Notes: a model not told the origin generated them from the sequence alone. A stretch of DNA of 64,000 nt from an uncultured virus (IMG/VR IMGVR_UViG_3300042386_000720) (IMGVR_UViG_3300042386_000720:1-64000), one strand, 5' to 3'. Counted from the first letter of the stretch, positions 19,538-30,797 are shown. Made by a program: numbers and translations.

Positions 19538-21313
19538 TTATATCTCTTCTTGACCATCCTGTTCAGGTTCTTGTGGTACCTGAGGATTTGGTTGTTGTAC
19601 TTTTTCTTTTTTCTTCTTAGGAGGCAACCCGTGTTGAATATCACCATATTTCCCACCTTCGTAACCAACCATAGTAGGTACTCTTTTTCCTTCGATTACA
19701 GTTAACCTATGAGATAAATCTTCTTCCCACATTTGTTTACTAACTAAATAACCTAACGCTTCACCACCGTCAGATAATGTTGGGTTATCGATTATTACGT
19801 AGAAAGCATCTCCATTATCTGCAGAATAAGATTTAACGGCATATCTTTTACCTTGCTCATCTTCAGTTCTCATCATTTTTTCTTCAGAGAATCTGTCATT
19901 ATATTCTATTTTAGTTGTACCATCCATTACCCATTCAAATGAACTGATATGATAGATACCAAATAAATGAGAAGACTTGCTTTGATAAATTCTATAATTG
20001 TCGTCTTTTTGTCCTTTTCTAACAAGAATATAATCTTTTTGCATAAAATCATTAACGAGGTATTCAATACCAGGTTTTCCGATTTGTTTTAATTTTCTAT
20101 CTAATTTTTCACGATATGGAAAATCGGGAGGACTTGTTTTTAATATTGCAGTTAATAACTTACTATTTGAAATTCTTGATGTTGCATCGTGTAATTGCAT
20201 CATCGTAATGTAAGTTGTTTTTAATTCAGGAGTCATCGCATTCCAAGAATCAACTTCTTTAATTTTACCTCCGATACCAATGTATTCGGACATTCTTTGG
20301 GGTGTTTGTGCCGAAAATTCATTAGGGTCACCTGGTGTCTCATTAATTAAATCTGTAACTTTTGCCGATTCTAATTCATCAGGAGATAACGCTCTCCACT
20401 CAATCTTTTCTCTTTCACCATCTAATTGTGGCCAAGTATTAACAATCCAATCCCAACTTCGTGTGTCATCACCATCATTAATCATTGAACTTACTGTGTA
20501 AGATCCGTAATTGTTTATTTGAATGGCGGCCATGTGAAATCTCGCCTCTTCAATACTATCACTTAGATAATTTCTATTTTCATCAATTAAAAAATAGAAA
20601 GTTTTTTTATCACGATTTCTATAGTACCCATATTGATTCGTACCATTACCGTATAGATAATTACCCTCATCGTCATTAATTGACAAAGTTCCTCTCCAAG
20701 TAACACACCATGGTGAATTTACCCTACCCTCTCTCTTTTGAACTCTAAATTTAATCCATTGATCCCTATGTAAAGATTGATAATAATAACCCATTCTTTT
20801 TGCTTGGGTTTCACTTAATATTTTATAAACCCTTACACCACCTTTATTTATAATACAATTCTCATCACTAAACCACATTGGTTTCGATGCCTCAATTTTT
20901 GCTACGTTTGGTTGATTACCATCGGATGCAAATATTGCATCAAGTTTAGCCTTTTCATCCTCAACATCGTTTTCCTTTTCTTCACCACCCAATTCAAATT
21001 TACCAAACTCAACCAAAAAAGAAACTAAGTCTTTAAATTTAAAAACTTGTATTTGTTTTAAATCGTTTAATGAATATTTCTGTTTATCTGGAAATCTACC
21101 GTCATGTCTTTTTAAAAATCTTAGGACACCAGAATTATCAATAGAAATTTGATTTTTAATGTTGCTGTGTCTATTAAAGACTTTTTCTCCTTGCTCGTCT
21201 GTTAACTCGGGAACCTCAGTTCTCCATTTAGTCATTAGTTCGTTGAAAAAGGTTTTTTGATTTGCTTTTATCTCCTCAAAAACCATATCAAATATTAAAT
21301 CATTAATCTTCAT
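19538..21313 (-). CDS. Large hypothetical phage protein (WC-motif, PcfJ-like)
   Basis: 591 aa; SPWCVT...Y..Y...TFYFLID; TATTTATA upstream. Confidence 0.8.
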   Translation of the reverse strand: MKINDLIFDMVFEEIKANQKTFFNELMTKWRTEVPELTDEQGEKVFNRHSNIKNQISIDNSGVLRFLKRHDGRFPDKQKYSLNDLKQIQVFKFKDLVSFLVEFGKFELGGEEKENDVEDEKAKLDAIFASDGNQPNVAKIEASKPMWFSDENCIINKGGVRVYKILSETQAKRMGYYYQSLHRDQWIKFRVQKREGRVNSPWCVTWRGTLSINDDEGNYLYGNGTNQYGYYRNRDKKTFYFLIDENRNYLSDSIEEARFHMAAIQINNYGSYTVSSMINDGDDTRSWDWIVNTWPQLDGEREKIEWRALSPDELESAKVTDLINETPGDPNEFSAQTPQRMSEYIGIGGKIKEVDSWNAMTPELKTTYITMMQLHDATSRISNSKLLTAILKTSPPDFPYREKLDRKLKQIGKPGIEYLVNDFMQKDYILVRKGQKDDNYRIYQSKSSHLFGIYHISSFEWVMDGTTKIEYNDRFSEEKMMRTEDEQGKRYAVKSYSADNGDAFYVIIDNPTLSDGGEALGYLVSKQMWEEDLSHRLTVIEGKRVPTMVGYEGGKYGDIQHGLPPKKKKEKVQQPNPQVPQEPEQDGQEEI

Positions 21314-21364
21314 AGTATATAAATATCCTATAAATATCTTTTTTTAGTGTTAAAATCAAGACAT

Positions 21365-21706
21365 TTATTGGGTTAATTGAGATTCCGATTTAATATATGT
21401 TTGTTTTAAATTATCCAATTCATCTAAAATAGATTTACACATCTTTTCAATCATTAATATTTTCATGAAATTATCCGCGTTAGACTTGTCAAACTCAGAA
21501 TTGTAGTTATTTAAAAGAACCATTTTCATGAGATTGTCATTCTCCGATTTTAATGTTCTTTCCTTTTTTCTTTGGAAATACTTCTTAGAATTTTCACGTG
21601 TACAATCAATACAGTAGTTACTGTGACCATCTAAAACTAACTTGTTTTTGTAAAAATTGTCAATTGTTTTGGTTGTCTTACAACCCGAACATTTCTTTTC
21701 GTCCAT
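21365..21706 (-). CDS. Zinc-finger protein
   Basis: CSGC...FYKN...DG...YCIDC, the type found N-terminal in HNH nucleases; no nuclease core seen. Confidence 0.75.
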   Translation of the reverse strand: MDEKKCSGCKTTKTIDNFYKNKLVLDGHSNYCIDCTRENSKKYFQRKKERTLKSENDNLMKMVLLNNYNSEFDKSNADNFMKILMIEKMCKSILDELDNLKQTYIKSESQLTQ

Positions 21707-21802
21707 CTTTTTATTGGTTTATTTATGATGCAAAAGTATGTATATTAAAAAAGATTACCAAATATTCTAAAAAATATTTGTGTATAACTAAAATTACGTT
21801 AT

Positions 21803-22372
21803 ATGGGAGACCCAATACTAAAAATAGGTTACTATTCAATTTATCAAATAAAGACCACTAGAGGGGTAAAATATAAAGTTGATAGTGGTAAGACCATATA
21901 CATTGAAAGGTTTAAAAAACACATCGTAAATCCGTATAGAGACACTAAGGAGTTTACTTCTCTTGAGAAGGCTAAAGAATATATAGGTCTTAAATTGGTA
22001 AAAAGGGGTCAGGACAAAAAGAAAAAACTAGCAAAATTACCAAAATCATTATATCTCGTATTAATAAAAGAAGAATCTACAGGTAAAACATTTGTTAAGG
22101 TTGGTATAACATCTAAAAGATTCATAATGAGACGTTTTAGTAAAGCGTATGGGTATGAGGGATATATTGTTGAGTCGATATTAAGAAGGATTGAAACACC
22201 AAATGCGGAAAAATTAGAAAGTGATATTAAAGAAAAACTTAATAAAAAAAGGTCTGTAAAAAAATACAGACCAATTTTAGAATCTTTTTCGGGTTATTCT
22301 GAATGTTTTAACTACGACGGATTAGACGAAATTATTAAAATTTTCGATGAATTAGTTACCAGAGGGTCTTAG
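21803..22372 (+). CDS. GIY-YIG/T5orf172-like protein
   Basis: LYLV...FVKVGIT...RRF...E...GYSECF. Confidence 0.7.
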   Translation: MGDPILKIGYYSIYQIKTTRGVKYKVDSGKTIYIERFKKHIVNPYRDTKEFTSLEKAKEYIGLKLVKRGQDKKKKLAKLPKSLYLVLIKEESTGKTFVKVGITSKRFIMRRFSKAYGYEGYIVESILRRIETPNAEKLESDIKEKLNKKRSVKKYRPILESFSGYSECFNYDGLDEIIKIFDELVTRGS

Positions 22373-22717
22373 ACTATAAGCAATAATCATACCCGGTTGT
22401 AACCCTTTAGGATTACCTTTTAATAAATCATTATCGTGTAATATATTGTAATCTGAATTTGCACCTAATTTTTGAACTAATCCACTTATTGTGTCACCGT
22501 CTTTAACAACATATAATTTGTTAGTTTTGTCTTGGTCTAACATTTTAATCATTCCAGATGAAAATGCAAATCTACCTTTTGGGTATTTTTTCATTTGTTG
22601 TGAAATTGGGGGATTACCGTATACCGCATTAAAATTGGCATCCGGACTCATTTGCTCACTTATTTGAGAGTCTATTATTTTTTTTAATTGTCCTTCTGTG
22701 AATATATATTTTTTCAT
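22352..22717 (-). CDS. LysM domain protein
   Basis: YVVKDGDTIS...N...LQPG; N-terminal KYIFTEGQL. Confidence 0.85.
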   Translation of the reverse strand: MKKYIFTEGQLKKIIDSQISEQMSPDANFNAVYGNPPISQQMKKYPKGRFAFSSGMIKMLDQDKTNKLYVVKDGDTISGLVQKLGANSDYNILHDNDLLKGNPKGLQPGMIIAYSLRPSGN

Positions 22718-22723
22718 AATGTG

Positions 22724-23350
22724 TTACTTTGATTTAAGGTATACTGATAAATATCCAGCCAAACGACTACCTCTCTCTATTAAAAAATCTTTCTGTGTTT
22801 GTGTTAGTTTCTTTTTATCTCTATAGTCCACCCCCATTGTCCCAATACATTTATCCGTTACAATATCAAATAACCCAATTACATATGATGCACTAGTACC
22901 CGTTGCATCCGCTGCGGACTTTAATCCATAAGTTGCAATGGTTGCATCTTTAAAATCGGAAATCCACAAATGTTTATTTTCCATAATGTAATTCATCGAT
23001 CTTGAATATAACGATAGTGGAATGTCTGTAAATAAATGAATAATACTACTAATACCTGGTTTAACGTCCTCATATGTTATTGAAAACTTTTGAATTGATT
23101 TGTTAGTGTGAAGAAAATGACCGCCATTGTGAAATTGACTTATCCAAATTCTATCCGCATCTAACATATCTCTAATTTCCGATATTTCGTCAAAAATAAC
23201 CAAATTTCTTTCGATGTCATCTTTGACAATGTCTTTCGATACTGGTTTGGATAGTTTAGCTTTTACATATTCAAGTCCTGCCGGACCAACTAATGCTGTA
23301 ATAACGGCCACTAAGACCATACCAATTAATTCTATTGTGTGTTGTTCCAT
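22724..23350 (-). CDS. N-terminal TM + GAF-like domain protein (possible T4 T-type holin)
   Basis: TM helix, then ADRIWISQFHNGG...IGTMGVDY. Confidence 0.55.
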   Translation of the reverse strand: MEQHTIELIGMVLVAVITALVGPAGLEYVKAKLSKPVSKDIVKDDIERNLVIFDEISEIRDMLDADRIWISQFHNGGHFLHTNKSIQKFSITYEDVKPGISSIIHLFTDIPLSLYSRSMNYIMENKHLWISDFKDATIATYGLKSAADATGTSASYVIGLFDIVTDKCIGTMGVDYRDKKKLTQTQKDFLIERGSRLAGYLSVYLKSK

Positions 23351-23581
23351 AGTAATAATTCTATAAATAGTTATATTAAAAATAAAGTTTTAAATTTTAT
23401 TACGTTTACCTCATAATAAACCGAAATTAATTTTAAACTGACAAATAGTCATTGTATTTTATGGTCTTTTTTCATATAATAGTTTATTTATTTTTGTTGT
23501 CGGGGGACAAAATAAACTTATTTAAATTTAATATACGGGAGATTTCACAAACTCCCTTTTTTTATGTATATTATGTAACAT

Positions 23582-24133
23582 ATGAGCAAGATAATTAACT
23601 TTTTTGGTGGTCCTGGTATAGGTAAATCAACACAAGCATCAGGTTTATTTACCGAGATGAAAAAACGTCACATGAGCGTCGAATATACGTATGAGTTCCC
23701 TAAAGAAGTTGCGTGGGAAGGTAACATATCTCAATTAAAAGATCAATTTTTTATTACCGCAAATCAACATAGAAACATTAGTCGTCTTTATGGTAAGGTT
23801 GATTATATAATTGTGGACTCACCGATTATTCTTGGGTGTTTTTATGAACAAAGGTATGGTGATGATTATCCTGCATCCTTTTATGGGATGACAGGTTTAG
23901 GTGACTTCATATGGAAGTTATTTAAACAATATGAAAATATAAACATAATATTAAAGAGAAATAATGAGACATATGACCCTAACGGTAGGATACAAGATTT
24001 ACAAGAGGCTGAAGAAATTGATAGGGATATTAAACTCACATTGGATATTAATAATATACCTTATAGTGAATTTAGTGTTCATAATGACACTCCTTTGGAG
24101 ATTTACAAATATTTAATAGAAAACAATTTATGA
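23582..24133 (+). CDS. NadR/AAA_28-type P-loop nucleotide kinase
   Basis: INFFGGPGIGKST; IVDSP. Confidence 0.85.
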   Translation: MSKIINFFGGPGIGKSTQASGLFTEMKKRHMSVEYTYEFPKEVAWEGNISQLKDQFFITANQHRNISRLYGKVDYIIVDSPIILGCFYEQRYGDDYPASFYGMTGLGDFIWKLFKQYENINIILKRNNETYDPNGRIQDLQEAEEIDRDIKLTLDINNIPYSEFSVHNDTPLEIYKYLIENNL

Positions 24134-24732
24134 AAAAAGGTTTACTATTAATCGTCTTTATTTTATTCAGTACAGTATTATTTGCACAAGACACTATAAG
24201 AGTTAAAAATCAAGTATTTGAGGTACTTTACTCTCAAAAATTAGAATCACCTTTATGGTTAAAGTACCGTTCAACTAATAGACCTACAAACGTAAATAGA
24301 GGGTCAATGGACTTTTATACTGAAAAGAATATACACACGTCTAACGCCGAAGATTATGCTAAAAACATATACGATAAGGGACATTTGGCGCCGGCAGCAT
24401 CATTCTCTGATAATATGGAAAATCTTAAACAAACATTTTCATATTTGAACTGTATGTTACAGGATCAACACATGAATAGAGGTGAATGGAGATTACTTGA
24501 GGAGCAGGAAAGAAAATGGGATGACAATGAGAATTTGACAATCATCATCAAAATATTTTTTGACAAACCAGTGAGAAGATTACCTACAAATTCAGCAATT
24601 CCGTCATATATGCAAAAACACATTTATTTTGAAAAACAAAAGAAGTGGAAATGCTATGTTTTTTTAAATGAAAAACCTAAATTTAAATGGGATGAACTTG
24701 AGATGATATGCCCACCTAGTGATCACAAGTAA
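24130..24732 (+). CDS. Secreted DNA/RNA non-specific endonuclease (NucA/EndA-like)
   Basis: Signal peptide; YDKGHLAPA, TF..LN..Q...NRG.W..LE. Confidence 0.9.
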   Translation: MKKGLLLIVFILFSTVLFAQDTIRVKNQVFEVLYSQKLESPLWLKYRSTNRPTNVNRGSMDFYTEKNIHTSNAEDYAKNIYDKGHLAPAASFSDNMENLKQTFSYLNCMLQDQHMNRGEWRLLEEQERKWDDNENLTIIIKIFFDKPVRRLPTNSAIPSYMQKHIYFEKQKKWKCYVFLNEKPKFKWDELEMICPPSDHK

Positions 24733-24735
24733 ATT

Positions 24736-24936
24736 ATGTTAAACAAAGAATTAGTAAACTATCAAGATAAACTATATTGGGTTTATAGAAGAATTAAACA
24801 TTCACAAGTAAAGGAAGGTTCAGTTAATGATTTAAAGGAATTTTGGTATTGTGATATGGTAGTAAGAAATAGAAATCAACAAGACGATATTTTATTGTTT
24901 TTAAGGGGGATTGAAGAGGCTAAAATAGTTTCTTAA
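24736..24936 (+). CDS. Hypothetical protein
   Basis: ORF within operon. Confidence 0.65.
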   Translation: MLNKELVNYQDKLYWVYRRIKHSQVKEGSVNDLKEFWYCDMVVRNRNQQDDILLFLRGIEEAKIVS

Positions 24937-25312
24937 TTTCTTTTAAACATAATTTAGTATATCTATCTTCATTTCTTTTCGCTTGTCTTTCCATCGGATT
25001 ATGGGAATAATATCTTGATAACTCATATTCCCTATATTTTCTACGAACTTGCAAATAATGCGTGTACTCATGGATTACGGTCGCAACTAAATCGTATATT
25101 GTATTATTATTTGGTAGATAGATTATAATTTCATTTCGATAAAAACAATAATTACCAAAAATGTCAAAATTATCCATTTTACGTTTTCTTTCACTAAATC
25201 TAAACAATAATTTACGTTTTTTTCTATCACATATGCCAAAATACGATTCACACCACTTTAAAGCTAGTGTGGCGTAACGTTTTTTGGATTCTATGTCAAT
25301 AGTTCTAGCCAT
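24920..25312 (-). CDS. HExxH metallopeptidase-like protein
   Basis: IHEYTHYLQ...NPMERQA. Confidence 0.75.
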   Translation of the reverse strand: MARTIDIESKKRYATLALKWCESYFGICDRKKRKLLFRFSERKRKMDNFDIFGNYCFYRNEIIIYLPNNNTIYDLVATVIHEYTHYLQVRRKYREYELSRYYSHNPMERQAKRNEDRYTKLCLKEIKKLF

Positions 25313-25664
25313 TATTTTGGTTATCGGTTTTTATCGTTCTTTTTGTCCTTTTAGGTGGTTTAACAAAATCGTTAATTGCGTCAAAATTGTTAGAAATGTC
25401 TTTTAAAACTGCAGCAAATTCGTAATTTTCATTGTCTTCATGTTTTTTCCACAAAACAGTAAGAAAACTTTTTAATTCCATGTCAGTTAATTGTGCTCTG
25501 GATTTTACGGAATTTTTCATTAATTTAAAAACCATATAAAGTACTGACATTTTTTTTTCTTGGGGTAATGAGAAGTAATTCTCAATAGTAACGTTAGATA
25601 AAATATTGTTACTCACAGTTTCCAAGAATTGGATAAAAGATGGATGATTTACGTTTACTTTCAT
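25305..25664 (-). CDS. UVR-motif protein
   Basis: ENYEFAAVLKD. Confidence 0.7.
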   Translation of the reverse strand: MKVNVNHPSFIQFLETVSNNILSNVTIENYFSLPQEKKMSVLYMVFKLMKNSVKSRAQLTDMELKSFLTVLWKKHEDNENYEFAAVLKDISNNFDAINDFVKPPKRTKRTIKTDNQNNG

Positions 25665-25768
25665 TATTATTTCGTTTTTAAATAAATAGTAGATGGTTTA
25701 TTATAATAAATAAAAAAAGGGATAAAATTTTAGTTTTACCCCCTTTTTTTGAATGGTAAAAAATTAAA

Positions 25769-26128
25769 TTATTTGGCCCATTTACCTCTAACAACAATTT
25801 GAGCAATTATGTTATATACTGATAAATCTTGATATGTATCCTCAATAGCCTCACCAACAGTATCTGGCTTACCTAATAACACCAATTGTTTCAATCTCTG
25901 AATCTTATCATTCATTCTGAACCAAAGTCCTGTTTGAGATAATTTAATCTCGTCAGGGGTCTCTAAACGAGTCCCTACGGATATATTATCGGGTCCATAG
26001 TTAAGTTGTTTCCTGCAAAAGGTTTCGTACTGTTCTTTTAGAATCTTTTTAAATTCTGCAGTTGTTTCTGGGTACTTTTCCTCACATAATTTGATTGGGG
26101 AAAGTTGTGGAGTGGTATCTTCTGACAT
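25769..26128 (-). CDS. DUF1599 / nucleotide-modification-associated domain protein
   Basis: KQLNYG..N...R.NDK..RL...E...DT..DL..Y. Confidence 0.8.
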   Translation of the reverse strand: MSEDTTPQLSPIKLCEEKYPETTAEFKKILKEQYETFCRKQLNYGPDNISVGTRLETPDEIKLSQTGLWFRMNDKIQRLKQLVLLGKPDTVGEAIEDTYQDLSVYNIIAQIVVRGKWAK

Positions 26129-26199
26129 ATTTTTGTGTTTTTTATTAATATAATGAATTTTATTTGTAATACAAAATATTTATATAAAAAACACATATC

Positions 26200-26448
26200 A
26201 TGGCATCAGACGCATATAAAGAAATGCAATCATCGAACGACAAACCAAGCTCAAGTCAACCAAAACATAAGCAATTGATAAAAATGTTAACATTTAGAGT
26301 TGTTCCTGCTTATTATAAGGAGATTGAGAAAGTTGCAAATAACCAAGAAGTAACTGTATCTAAATTAATTAGAAATTACATTAAAGAAGGTATGAAAAGA
26401 GATGGTGAATTAACGGATAGAGAAGAAAAAGACTTTGGTTTAGAATAA
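26200..26448 (+). CDS. Ribbon-helix-helix DNA-binding protein
   Basis: LTFRV...IEKVA...TVSKLIR.YI. Confidence 0.7.
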   Translation: MASDAYKEMQSSNDKPSSSQPKHKQLIKMLTFRVVPAYYKEIEKVANNQEVTVSKLIRNYIKEGMKRDGELTDREEKDFGLE

Positions 26449-26451
26449 TAT

Positions 26452-26781
26452 ATGGAAAAAAACATCATATCAGAAAATTTAGTCAAAGAGGCGGTTGATA
26501 AGGTCTTATTTGAGCAAATGTCGAAAGTATCTAGACAGGATTTTAGTAGAGTGCAGTTTAAAATAGAAGAATTACAAAATTCTTTAGGTGAAACAGTAAA
26601 AGAATTGAGAAAGTTGGAGGATTCCATACCTTCTGGCTTAAAAAGCACGTCAAACGCGAGAATTTCGGGAATAACTGTTAGTTTATCTAATGCTCAAAAA
26701 TTGTTAACCCAACTTAAAGACAAAGTTAGACAGTATAAAAAGTCTATATACTCCCAATCTTTGGACGAGAAGAAAAAATAA
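26452..26781 (+). CDS. Coiled-coil hypothetical protein
   Basis: ORF; NIISE...LFEQ N-terminus. Confidence 0.75.
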   Translation: MEKNIISENLVKEAVDKVLFEQMSKVSRQDFSRVQFKIEELQNSLGETVKELRKLEDSIPSGLKSTSNARISGITVSLSNAQKLLTQLKDKVRQYKKSIYSQSLDEKKK

Positions 26782-26784
26782 GAG

Positions 26785-27141
26785 TTATTTTAGTTTTTCA
26801 TCATTTTTTAACACTTTTTTACCTTTTTCAGTTAAGAAAAACATCTCTTCGGTGTTATCGTCTTCGTATGAATTTACTAAACCTTTTGTTTTTAGTTCAT
26901 TTAGTATTGTACCCGCCACAATTTCACGTAAAAGAGTTTCAAACTCATCTTCACTAAAAATTTCATCTTCAGTAAGGTCAGTATCACCATTTATGAACTT
27001 TTCAGTTAACATGTCGGATATGTGATTTTTAGCAAAATCCGTAACTTCAATTTCATAATCGAAAAAGAAATTAGTTTCCACCAAAGTTTCAATGATTTCT
27101 TTTGTTCTTTCAATAACAATAGGTTGGTATATTTTTGACAT
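26785..27141 (-). CDS. Acidic protein with C-terminal wHTH-like segment
   Basis: L..KGLV...FFLTEKGK; start MSKIY. Confidence 0.7.
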   Translation of the reverse strand: MSKIYQPIVIERTKEIIETLVETNFFFDYEIEVTDFAKNHISDMLTEKFINGDTDLTEDEIFSEDEFETLLREIVAGTILNELKTKGLVNSYEDDNTEEMFFLTEKGKKVLKNDEKLK

Positions 27142-27250
27142 GATATATGTTTGATTTTTATTAAAATATATGTAAAAAACACCAATAAAAAAAATTATTT
27201 GGTTGAAAGTATCCACATTTTTTTATATATTATCGTATAATTAAAATATA

Positions 27251-28501
27251 ATGGGTAACAACAAAATTTTCATTCAAATTGCATCTTATCGAGATCCGCA
27301 ATTAGTACCAACAATAAAAGACTGTATAAAAAACGCAAAAAAACCGGAAAATTTAGTTTTTTCAATTGCTTGGCAAAGGTCAAAAGAAGATGAATGGGAC
27401 AATTTAGATGAATTTTCAAATGACAAGAGATTCAAAATAATTGACATTAATTACGAAGATTCTAAAGGAGCATGTTGGGCTAGAAATAAATTACAACAAC
27501 AATATGACGGAGAAGAATATACAATTCAATTAGATTCTCATCATAGATTCGCGGAAAATTGGGACGAAGACTGCATAAAAATGATTAAACAATTACAGAA
27601 AAAAGGACATAAGAAACCTTTACTAACGGGATATGTATCATCGTTTGATCCCGATAATGATCCAGCTGGCAGAATCCAAGCCCCATGGAAAATGAATTTT
27701 GATAGATTCATTCCTGAAGGTGCGGTGTTTTTCTTACCTGCAACAATTGACGATTATCAAAAAAGAACAGAACCTATACCCGCTAGATTTTATTCAGCAC
27801 ATTTTTGCTTTACATTAGGTTCTTTTGTTAAAGAAGTTCCACATGACCCCGAATATTATTTCCACGGAGAAGAAATTTCAATTGCGGTAAGAGCATACAC
27901 GTGGGGTTATGATTTATTTCATCCACATAAAACCGTTGTGTGGCACGAATATACTCGTAAGGGTAGAAAAAAACAATGGGATGACGATAAACAATGGGTA
28001 ACCAAAAACGTAAGTTGTCATAAAAGAAATAGAAAATTATTTGAGATGGATGGTGAGGTAAAAGACATTGATTTTGGGATTTATGATTTTGGTAAAGAAA
28101 GAACTTTAGAGGATTATGAAAGATATGCGGGAATTTCATTTAAAAAGAGAGCGGTGCAAAAATATACGGTAGATAATAATTTAGCACCCAATCCACCTTT
28201 ATATGGTGATGAATTTAATGATTCATTTTTATCAATTTTTAAACATTGTATTGATGTTACTTTTGATAGAGTACCTGAAAATGATTATGATTTTTGGGTT
28301 GTTGCTTTTCATAATGAAAAAGATGAAACTCTTTTTAGAAAGGACGCAGATAAAGATGAAATACGAAGATTAAAAAGTGACCCTGATGGATACTGTAAAA
28401 TTTGGAGAGAATTTACAGTTGAAACAAAGCCAAAATATTGGGTTGTTTGGCCACATAGCGAATCTAAGGGTTGGTTAGAAAGAATAATCGGAGATTTATA
28501 A
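27251..28501 (+). CDS. GlcNAc transferase (GT60/Skp1 Gnt1-like)
   Basis: IFIQIASYRD, GACWAR, QLDSHHRF...WD, YFHGEE. Confidence 0.85.
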   Translation: MGNNKIFIQIASYRDPQLVPTIKDCIKNAKKPENLVFSIAWQRSKEDEWDNLDEFSNDKRFKIIDINYEDSKGACWARNKLQQQYDGEEYTIQLDSHHRFAENWDEDCIKMIKQLQKKGHKKPLLTGYVSSFDPDNDPAGRIQAPWKMNFDRFIPEGAVFFLPATIDDYQKRTEPIPARFYSAHFCFTLGSFVKEVPHDPEYYFHGEEISIAVRAYTWGYDLFHPHKTVVWHEYTRKGRKKQWDDDKQWVTKNVSCHKRNRKLFEMDGEVKDIDFGIYDFGKERTLEDYERYAGISFKKRAVQKYTVDNNLAPNPPLYGDEFNDSFLSIFKHCIDVTFDRVPENDYDFWVVAFHNEKDETLFRKDADKDEIRRLKSDPDGYCKIWREFTVETKPKYWVVWPHSESKGWLERIIGDL

Positions 28502-28509
28502 ATCATATC

Positions 28510-29265
28510 ATGAAAATTTGTTTTTTAACAGAAGCTAATTATCCTAATTACGTCAAGAGAGTAAAGGATTACAATATTAAAAGATTTTTAGAATTAGGGT
28601 TAGATATACCATTTTATATTTCAACAAATCTAAAAGAAGAATTTAGTGAGTATGAAAATCATCCACTAATAAAAGTTTTTGATATTGAAGATTTAAGAAA
28701 GGATAATGAAAAATCAAAAATAAACGAACCATTACCTGAAGACCCTTCTGGTTTATATCCTGCTAGATATCCGTGGAATTTAAGAAGGTTTATTTTAAAA
28801 AAGGCTGCCGAAGATGGTTATTTAGGTTTATATTTTTTAGAATGTGATACTAAAATAAAAGATGGAGTAACAAAAGAAGATGTTATGAATCATTTATTAA
28901 ATTTATACGAACCAAATACCATTAAAACATCTTCTGCAAGATTCGTCTACAAACACAGATACCCAACACAAGAATTATTTTATTATCATCAAAAATATAT
29001 CGATGATTTAAATCTTAATTTTAGTGAAGATGAATACGATACATTAGACGGAACAAATCAATTATTTTTTGGGGAGAGTAGGGAAAGTTTCGATAAGTTT
29101 TTTAATAATTGGGACTATATTGTGGACTACGGTTATGAAAAATCGTATGGCTATAAAACAGGGTATCTATCAAATCTATCTTTTGTAATACCAATGTCTA
29201 ATTTTAAATTAATACACACTGACACTATGTTTGTTACAAATCACGTTTATGAGGATAGATATTAA
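28510..29265 (+). CDS. Putative glycosyltransferase-associated protein
   Basis: ECD motif; within the GT cluster. Confidence 0.6.
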   Translation: MKICFLTEANYPNYVKRVKDYNIKRFLELGLDIPFYISTNLKEEFSEYENHPLIKVFDIEDLRKDNEKSKINEPLPEDPSGLYPARYPWNLRRFILKKAAEDGYLGLYFLECDTKIKDGVTKEDVMNHLLNLYEPNTIKTSSARFVYKHRYPTQELFYYHQKYIDDLNLNFSEDEYDTLDGTNQLFFGESRESFDKFFNNWDYIVDYGYEKSYGYKTGYLSNLSFVIPMSNFKLIHTDTMFVTNHVYEDRY

Positions 29266-29276
29266 AAAATATAAAG

Positions 29277-30794
29277 ATGTTTACAATACAAAATTTTAAC
29301 TTTGCAAATAATGGATATTATATTAACTTGGATTCTTCAACCGATAGAAAAAATCATATAGAAGAATTAAAGATTAAATATGACATTCAAAATCTAAATA
29401 GATTTTCAGCATTAACTGATGAAATGATACAATATTCATGTACTAAAAGTCATTTAGGGGTATTTCAAGATGCACTTAATAATGATTATGAAGTTATTTT
29501 TGTTTGCGAAGATGATATGGATATAAATGATGTTTGTTATTTACCAAATAGTCAAACTAAACCAACATTTAATGATTTAATACCTCAAATTTATAATGAC
29601 TTACAAAATGTAGAGTGGGATGTTTTATTATTTGGTTGTAATCCAAAATCAAATCTAATACCCGTCACAAATACCTTATCAAAGATTGATAGAAGTACAG
29701 GTGCATGGGCATATTTGATTAAGAAAAGGGCGTATGAGTATGTTGTTAATAATTTAAATTATAGAAAAGATTTATTGGCAATAGATGATTTTTTACCTAG
29801 ATTAAATGATGAAGGATTTGTAACTTTAACCACGGTACCGATGATTATAAATCACGCGGTGGGATTTGTTTCTACACTACAACCAAGAGGTCCTGTTAAC
29901 TATAACGCTTGGATACAAGGTAATTACGATAGATTCATTTATAGCAATTATAATATAGATTTTACTGAGGAAAAGATAGAAAAGGACGTTACAATTGTAA
30001 TTGCTGGACATTTTGTTGAAAATTATTTGTATTATTTAAATTATCTATTACATAGTTTACCTAGTGAGTTACTAAAGTGCAAATTTTTAGTTCATTATGA
30101 CGAGTCGGGTAGTAACGATATTAATTTAGAAAAATTCAAGTTAAACGCATATTTTAGAGACGCTAAAAGTGAATTAAATGTTACCATGACCACAGGATTT
30201 GGTGGTCTAATTTCAACATTTAAGAATGTTATTAGTAGAATTAAAACTCCGTATTTTATATTTTTAGAACATGATTGGGTTTTTCTAAAGAAAGATAATA
30301 TTGATTTTTTAAAATTAACTCAGTCATTTAAAAAATATGATTTTGTAAATTCGGTATGGTTCTCAAAAGACGATAATACAATGAGAGGATTCGATATTGC
30401 TAGAGATGTTGAAGATAATGTCACGCCTTTTGATAGGGAGTCTAGAATTGATGAAATCGATTTGATTACAGTATGTAGGTGGTCTAATAATCCGGCAATG
30501 TTTAGACTTAGTAAATTCAAAGAATGGTTCGACAAATACATTAATAATGAACATGTAGGTACGGTACATCAAGGTCAACATAATGTTGAGGAAACGATGA
30601 TACCTACATATAGAAAGATAATTAGTGAAAATAAATGGGAAGATATTAAAGATGATTGGGGGACATATTTGTATGGTGACATTGGAGAGGGTCCATATGT
30701 TGGTCATACAGACGCATCTAGACGTTATCAAGGAGCATCGAAATCAGGTCCCGAATATAATGGAGAAGAATACATAAAAAATAACCCTTTATAA
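29277..30794 (+). CDS. Two-domain glycosyltransferase (GT25 + GT-A)
   Basis: YINLD...DR, C..SH, EDD; second domain FLEHDW. Confidence 0.85.
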   Translation: MFTIQNFNFANNGYYINLDSSTDRKNHIEELKIKYDIQNLNRFSALTDEMIQYSCTKSHLGVFQDALNNDYEVIFVCEDDMDINDVCYLPNSQTKPTFNDLIPQIYNDLQNVEWDVLLFGCNPKSNLIPVTNTLSKIDRSTGAWAYLIKKRAYEYVVNNLNYRKDLLAIDDFLPRLNDEGFVTLTTVPMIINHAVGFVSTLQPRGPVNYNAWIQGNYDRFIYSNYNIDFTEEKIEKDVTIVIAGHFVENYLYYLNYLLHSLPSELLKCKFLVHYDESGSNDINLEKFKLNAYFRDAKSELNVTMTTGFGGLISTFKNVISRIKTPYFIFLEHDWVFLKKDNIDFLKLTQSFKKYDFVNSVWFSKDDNTMRGFDIARDVEDNVTPFDRESRIDEIDLITVCRWSNNPAMFRLSKFKEWFDKYINNEHVGTVHQGQHNVEETMIPTYRKIISENKWEDIKDDWGTYLYGDIGEGPYVGHTDASRRYQGASKSGPEYNGEEYIKNNPL

Positions 30795-30797
30795 TAT